Assembly (NCBI GenBank): GCA_048885525.1
Contig: JBHLLP010000016.1
Location: forward strand, 8,458-72,457
Direction: 5' to 3'
From: Candidatus Hermodarchaeota archaeon
GTDB lineage: Archaea > Asgardarchaeota > Lokiarchaeia > Sigyniarchaeales > SOKP01
DNA length: 64,000 nt
This document shows positions 60,811 through 64,000 of this stretch, in pieces (the first letter of the stretch is position 1; every line of letters starts with the position of its first letter). Made by a program: the position numbers and the translations under genes. The notes below the pieces were generated by a model that searched no databases, had not been told where the DNA came from, and was given only the letters and a program-made list of their open reading frames with translations.

Positions 60811-62766
60811 ATGGACCCAAATAACAAGAATATCATTATTGATTTTGAACCAATTTCCAGAAGATTAATTTTTTCTGATGATTACTCCCTTTATGAAGCT
60901 CTTTCAGAGTTAAATGTACCAATAACTTCAATATGTGGGGGTTTAGGATCATGCGGAAAATGTAAGGTTTTAGTTCAAAAGGGAAAAGAGTATCTGATTA
61001 ATCCAACTGCTTCTGAAAGAAAATTTTTGAGTAATAATGAAATTGAAAATGGATGGCGTCTAGCTTGTCAAACTAAAATTGATATTATTAATAAACCACT
61101 TCTTAAAACACTGAAACCTCCTCATTTTCGCATTTTCTTACCTGATGAATTTTTACTTGAAGACTTTAACATTCTAACCTCTGGTATAAGCAAAGGAATA
61201 AAACTTAACCCCACTATTAAGAAAATTTTTATTGATGTAAAAAAACCATCATTACAGGAACCTAATGCCGATTTTGAAAGGATTAATTATGCAATTCTCT
61301 CCAAAGATCTCGAATTAAGGAGAAATCTTAAACTTGGAATAGATTTTAAAGTCTTAAATAAAATTCCAACGCTCCTTAGAGAAAATCAGCATAAAATTAC
61401 GGTAGTATTATGGAATAATACTAAAATTATCAATTGTGAACCAGGTAATACACTTGAAGAGAATTTTGGAATTGCGTTTGACATCGGGACTACCACAATA
61501 GTTGGCTATCTAATAAATTTAAATAATGGAAAAATTTATGCTGTTGATTCAAAACTTAATAGTCAAACAGCCTATGGAGAGGATTTAATAACTCGATTAA
61601 CATTAATAAAAGAAAGTGAAGATAATCTTGAAAAATTGAATTCTGTTGTATTAAATGATCTGAATCAAATAATCAAAAATCTATGTGACAAGGCACTTAT
61701 TAAACCTTCTCAGATTTATGAAGCTACTGTTGTAGGAAATTCTGTTATGCATCATATTTTTTTAGGTTTAAATCCTGTGAATATCGGATTAAGTCCCTTT
61801 ATTCCAGTTATCCAAAAAGCTTTGAATAATAAAGCGGAATATCTAAACCTTAATATTTTAAATAATGGGAATGTCTATACAGCACCGATAATAGCAGGAT
61901 TTGTAGGAGCAGATACTATTGGTGTAATCCTCTCCTCACAAATATTTAATGAAAAGAAGCTTACTTTAGCAATTGATATTGGAACTAATGGAGAAATTAT
62001 TATAGGAAATCGTAAAATTCTAGCAGTAGGTTCATGTGCCGCGGGATCTGCTTTAGAAGGAGCTCATATTGAGGATGGTATGAGGGCTGCCGCAGGAGCT
62101 ATTGATAAAATTAAGATTGATCATAAAAATTATGAGGTATCTTATACTACAATTAAAAATAAGAAACCAATAGGTATATGTGGTTCAGGATTAGTTGATG
62201 CGATAGCTGAAATGTTAAAAGCCAAAATTATTACAAGAAGTGGTAATTTCAATCGAGAACTAACAGATCATGAAAGATTCATTAAAAAAGATAAAAAATT
62301 AGAATTTATTATCGCCAAAAAAGAAGAAACTGCTTTAGATAAGGATATAAGAATTAGCCAAAATGATGTTAGGCAAATTCAAATGGCAAAAGCAGCATTT
62401 TATTCTGGATCACGAATTATTCTGAATAATTTAAAGAATAACTTAAAAATTGAACAAATTTTTCTTGCAGGTGCTTTTGGGAACTACATTAATGCTAATA
62501 ATGCTAAATTTATTGGAATGATTCCTGACATTCATGATGATAAGATTTTTCAGATAGGAAATGCAGCAGGAATTGGAGCCCAACATTGTTTATTGAATAA
62601 AAATTTACGAAATAAAGCGCAAAAGTTGCTAAATAATATTCACTATATCGAAATTGCTGTGGATAAGAGATTTCAAAAAGAATATGCTGAAGCCATGTAT
62701 TTTCCTCATTTAAATCTAGATTATTTTCCGAGTTTACACCTCTATAAAGAGATCCCCAAACGGTAA
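60811..62766 (+). CDS. Reductive activator of corrinoid proteins (RACo/AcsV/RamA-like ASKHA ATPase with 2Fe-2S domain)
   Basis: CGGLGSCGKCKV...RLACQ, DIGTTT, GFVGAD, DIGTNGE, AAGSALEG, GICGSG and LAGAFG motifs; start set to ATG 60811. Confidence 0.92.
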   Translation: MDPNNKNIIIDFEPISRRLIFSDDYSLYEALSELNVPITSICGGLGSCGKCKVLVQKGKEYLINPTASERKFLSNNEIENGWRLACQTKIDIINKPLLKTLKPPHFRIFLPDEFLLEDFNILTSGISKGIKLNPTIKKIFIDVKKPSLQEPNADFERINYAILSKDLELRRNLKLGIDFKVLNKIPTLLRENQHKITVVLWNNTKIINCEPGNTLEENFGIAFDIGTTTIVGYLINLNNGKIYAVDSKLNSQTAYGEDLITRLTLIKESEDNLEKLNSVVLNDLNQIIKNLCDKALIKPSQIYEATVVGNSVMHHIFLGLNPVNIGLSPFIPVIQKALNNKAEYLNLNILNNGNVYTAPIIAGFVGADTIGVILSSQIFNEKKLTLAIDIGTNGEIIIGNRKILAVGSCAAGSALEGAHIEDGMRAAAGAIDKIKIDHKNYEVSYTTIKNKKPIGICGSGLVDAIAEMLKAKIITRSGNFNRELTDHERFIKKDKKLEFIIAKKEETALDKDIRISQNDVRQIQMAKAAFYSGSRIILNNLKNNLKIEQIFLAGAFGNYINANNAKFIGMIPDIHDDKIFQIGNAAGIGAQHCLLNKNLRNKAQKLLNNIHYIEIAVDKRFQKEYAEAMYFPHLNLDYFPSLHLYKEIPKR

Positions 62767-62882
62767 ATTTCGTATATTAAATTTATCCTACTAATTTTAA
62801 ACTTGATTTATACCCTATAGGACAAAATGCTTTTAAGGAAACTTTTCTTCATTATTTTTAAAAAAGGAAAAAGGTTATCGTT

Positions 62883-64000
62883 ATTACTCTTAGAAAATTG
62901 GTCGAAAATCAAGCAGAAAAATATGGGGATAAAGTATTTTTGTATTGGAAGGATATAACCGTTACATATTCTCAATTAAACGAGTTCACTAACAAAGTAG
63001 CCAATTTCTTATATGACTTGGGAATTCGAAAAGGAGACAAAGTTAGTGTCTACTTACCAAACATGCCCGAATATGTGTATTTATATTTAGGCATTCCCAA
63101 AATAGGAGCAATAACAGGACCAGTAAATGCGTTATTCAAAGCTCAAGAAGTGAAATTTGTAGTAAGGCATTCAGAAGCCAAGGCTATAGTGATAATTCCA
63201 AAGTTCATGGATATAATTAATCAAATTAAAGAAGATCTTCCTGATCTAAAACATATAATCGTGATTGGGGAAAATATTGAAGGAACTCTAAATTATGAGA
63301 AACTATTGGTAAAAGCCTCAGCTAATTCCCCTCCTGAGGTAATAATTGATGAAAGAGAAGATCCTGCGGCTATACTCTATATATCAGGAACAAATAGTTT
63401 TCCAAAAGGTGTGTTACAGACTCATTTTAATATTATGAAAACTGCTGAAATGATAAGAGATTTCTTGGATGCAAAGGAACACTTACGAATTATGCTTATT
63501 TTACCATTATTTCATTGTAATGCGCAAATAAATGTCATATTTGCATTGATAGTAGGAGCGAGCTCTATTCTGACAACTGGATTTTCAGCACAAACACATT
63601 GGGAGACTGTAGCAAAATATAAAGCTTCATCTTTCAGCTGTGTTCCAACAGTGCTCTCTATCCTACTTAGAATGCCACACGAAAACCTGGATCTTTCTTC
63701 TTTAGAATATGTTTTTTGTGGAAACGCTCCTTTATCCGTGGGGGTATTTAAAGCATTTGAGAATACTTTTGGTTGTAAAGTTATAGAAGCCTATGGTCTT
63801 ACAGAGGGTACATGTGTTTCTTCAATGAATCCATTACCTACTGAAACCGAAGATAGGCGAAAAGTAGGTAGTATTGGCATTCCTTTACCTGGGAATGAAA
63901 TGAAAATTGTTGATGAAAATGGTAATGATGTTCCACCAAATACAAAGGGCGAAATCGTCATTAAAGGGGATAATATTATGAAAGGATACTTTAAGAATCC
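62883..64000 (+). CDS. Long-chain acyl-CoA synthetase (AMP-binding), 3'-truncated by window edge
   Basis: LGIRKGDKV, LPNMPE, ILYISGTNSFPKGV, LPLFHCNA, YGLTEG and GEIVIKGDNIMKGY motifs. Start uncertain (ATT 62883 or TTG 62898). Confidence 0.88.
   Translation, partial: MTLRKLVENQAEKYGDKVFLYWKDITVTYSQLNEFTNKVANFLYDLGIRKGDKVSVYLPNMPEYVYLYLGIPKIGAITGPVNALFKAQEVKFVVRHSEAKAIVIIPKFMDIINQIKEDLPDLKHIIVIGENIEGTLNYEKLLVKASANSPPEVIIDEREDPAAILYISGTNSFPKGVLQTHFNIMKTAEMIRDFLDAKEHLRIMLILPLFHCNAQINVIFALIVGASSILTTGFSAQTHWETVAKYKASSFSCVPTVLSILLRMPHENLDLSSLEYVFCGNAPLSVGVFKAFENTFGCKVIEAYGLTEGTCVSSMNPLPTETEDRRKVGSIGIPLPGNEMKIVDENGNDVPPNTKGEIVIKGDNIMKGYFKN

Noticed and set aside
1-64000. CRISPR arrays, rRNA genes, transposases or integrases
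   Set aside because: None recognised in this window.

Overview
AT-rich archaeal DNA, most likely from an Asgard archaeon of the Lokiarchaeia. This rests on eS30, NOG1 and GPN GTPases, eukaryote-like ubiquitin E1 and E2, BHB-intron tRNAs and eukaryote-type SECIS elements. The main finding is a tandem pair of selenocysteine-containing selenophosphate synthetase (selD) genes. The first copy is split by a 31-nt intron (10553-10583) that folds into a canonical bulge-helix-bulge (GUUG/CAAC helix, AAA and AUA bulges) one base after the Sec UGA codon. Removing the intron at the standard tRNA-splicing-endonuclease cut sites restores the catalytic G-U-N-C-K motif. Both selD 3' UTRs carry a eukaryote-like SECIS embedded in the same extra three-way junction. 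The window also has a tRNA-Trp with three introns, a tRNA-Tyr with two, several genes that appear to start at ATH codons, a membrane-anchored thioester alpha-2-macroglobulin, a 2127-aa repeat protein and housekeeping/metabolic genes. All calls come from reading the sequence by eye; no searches were run.
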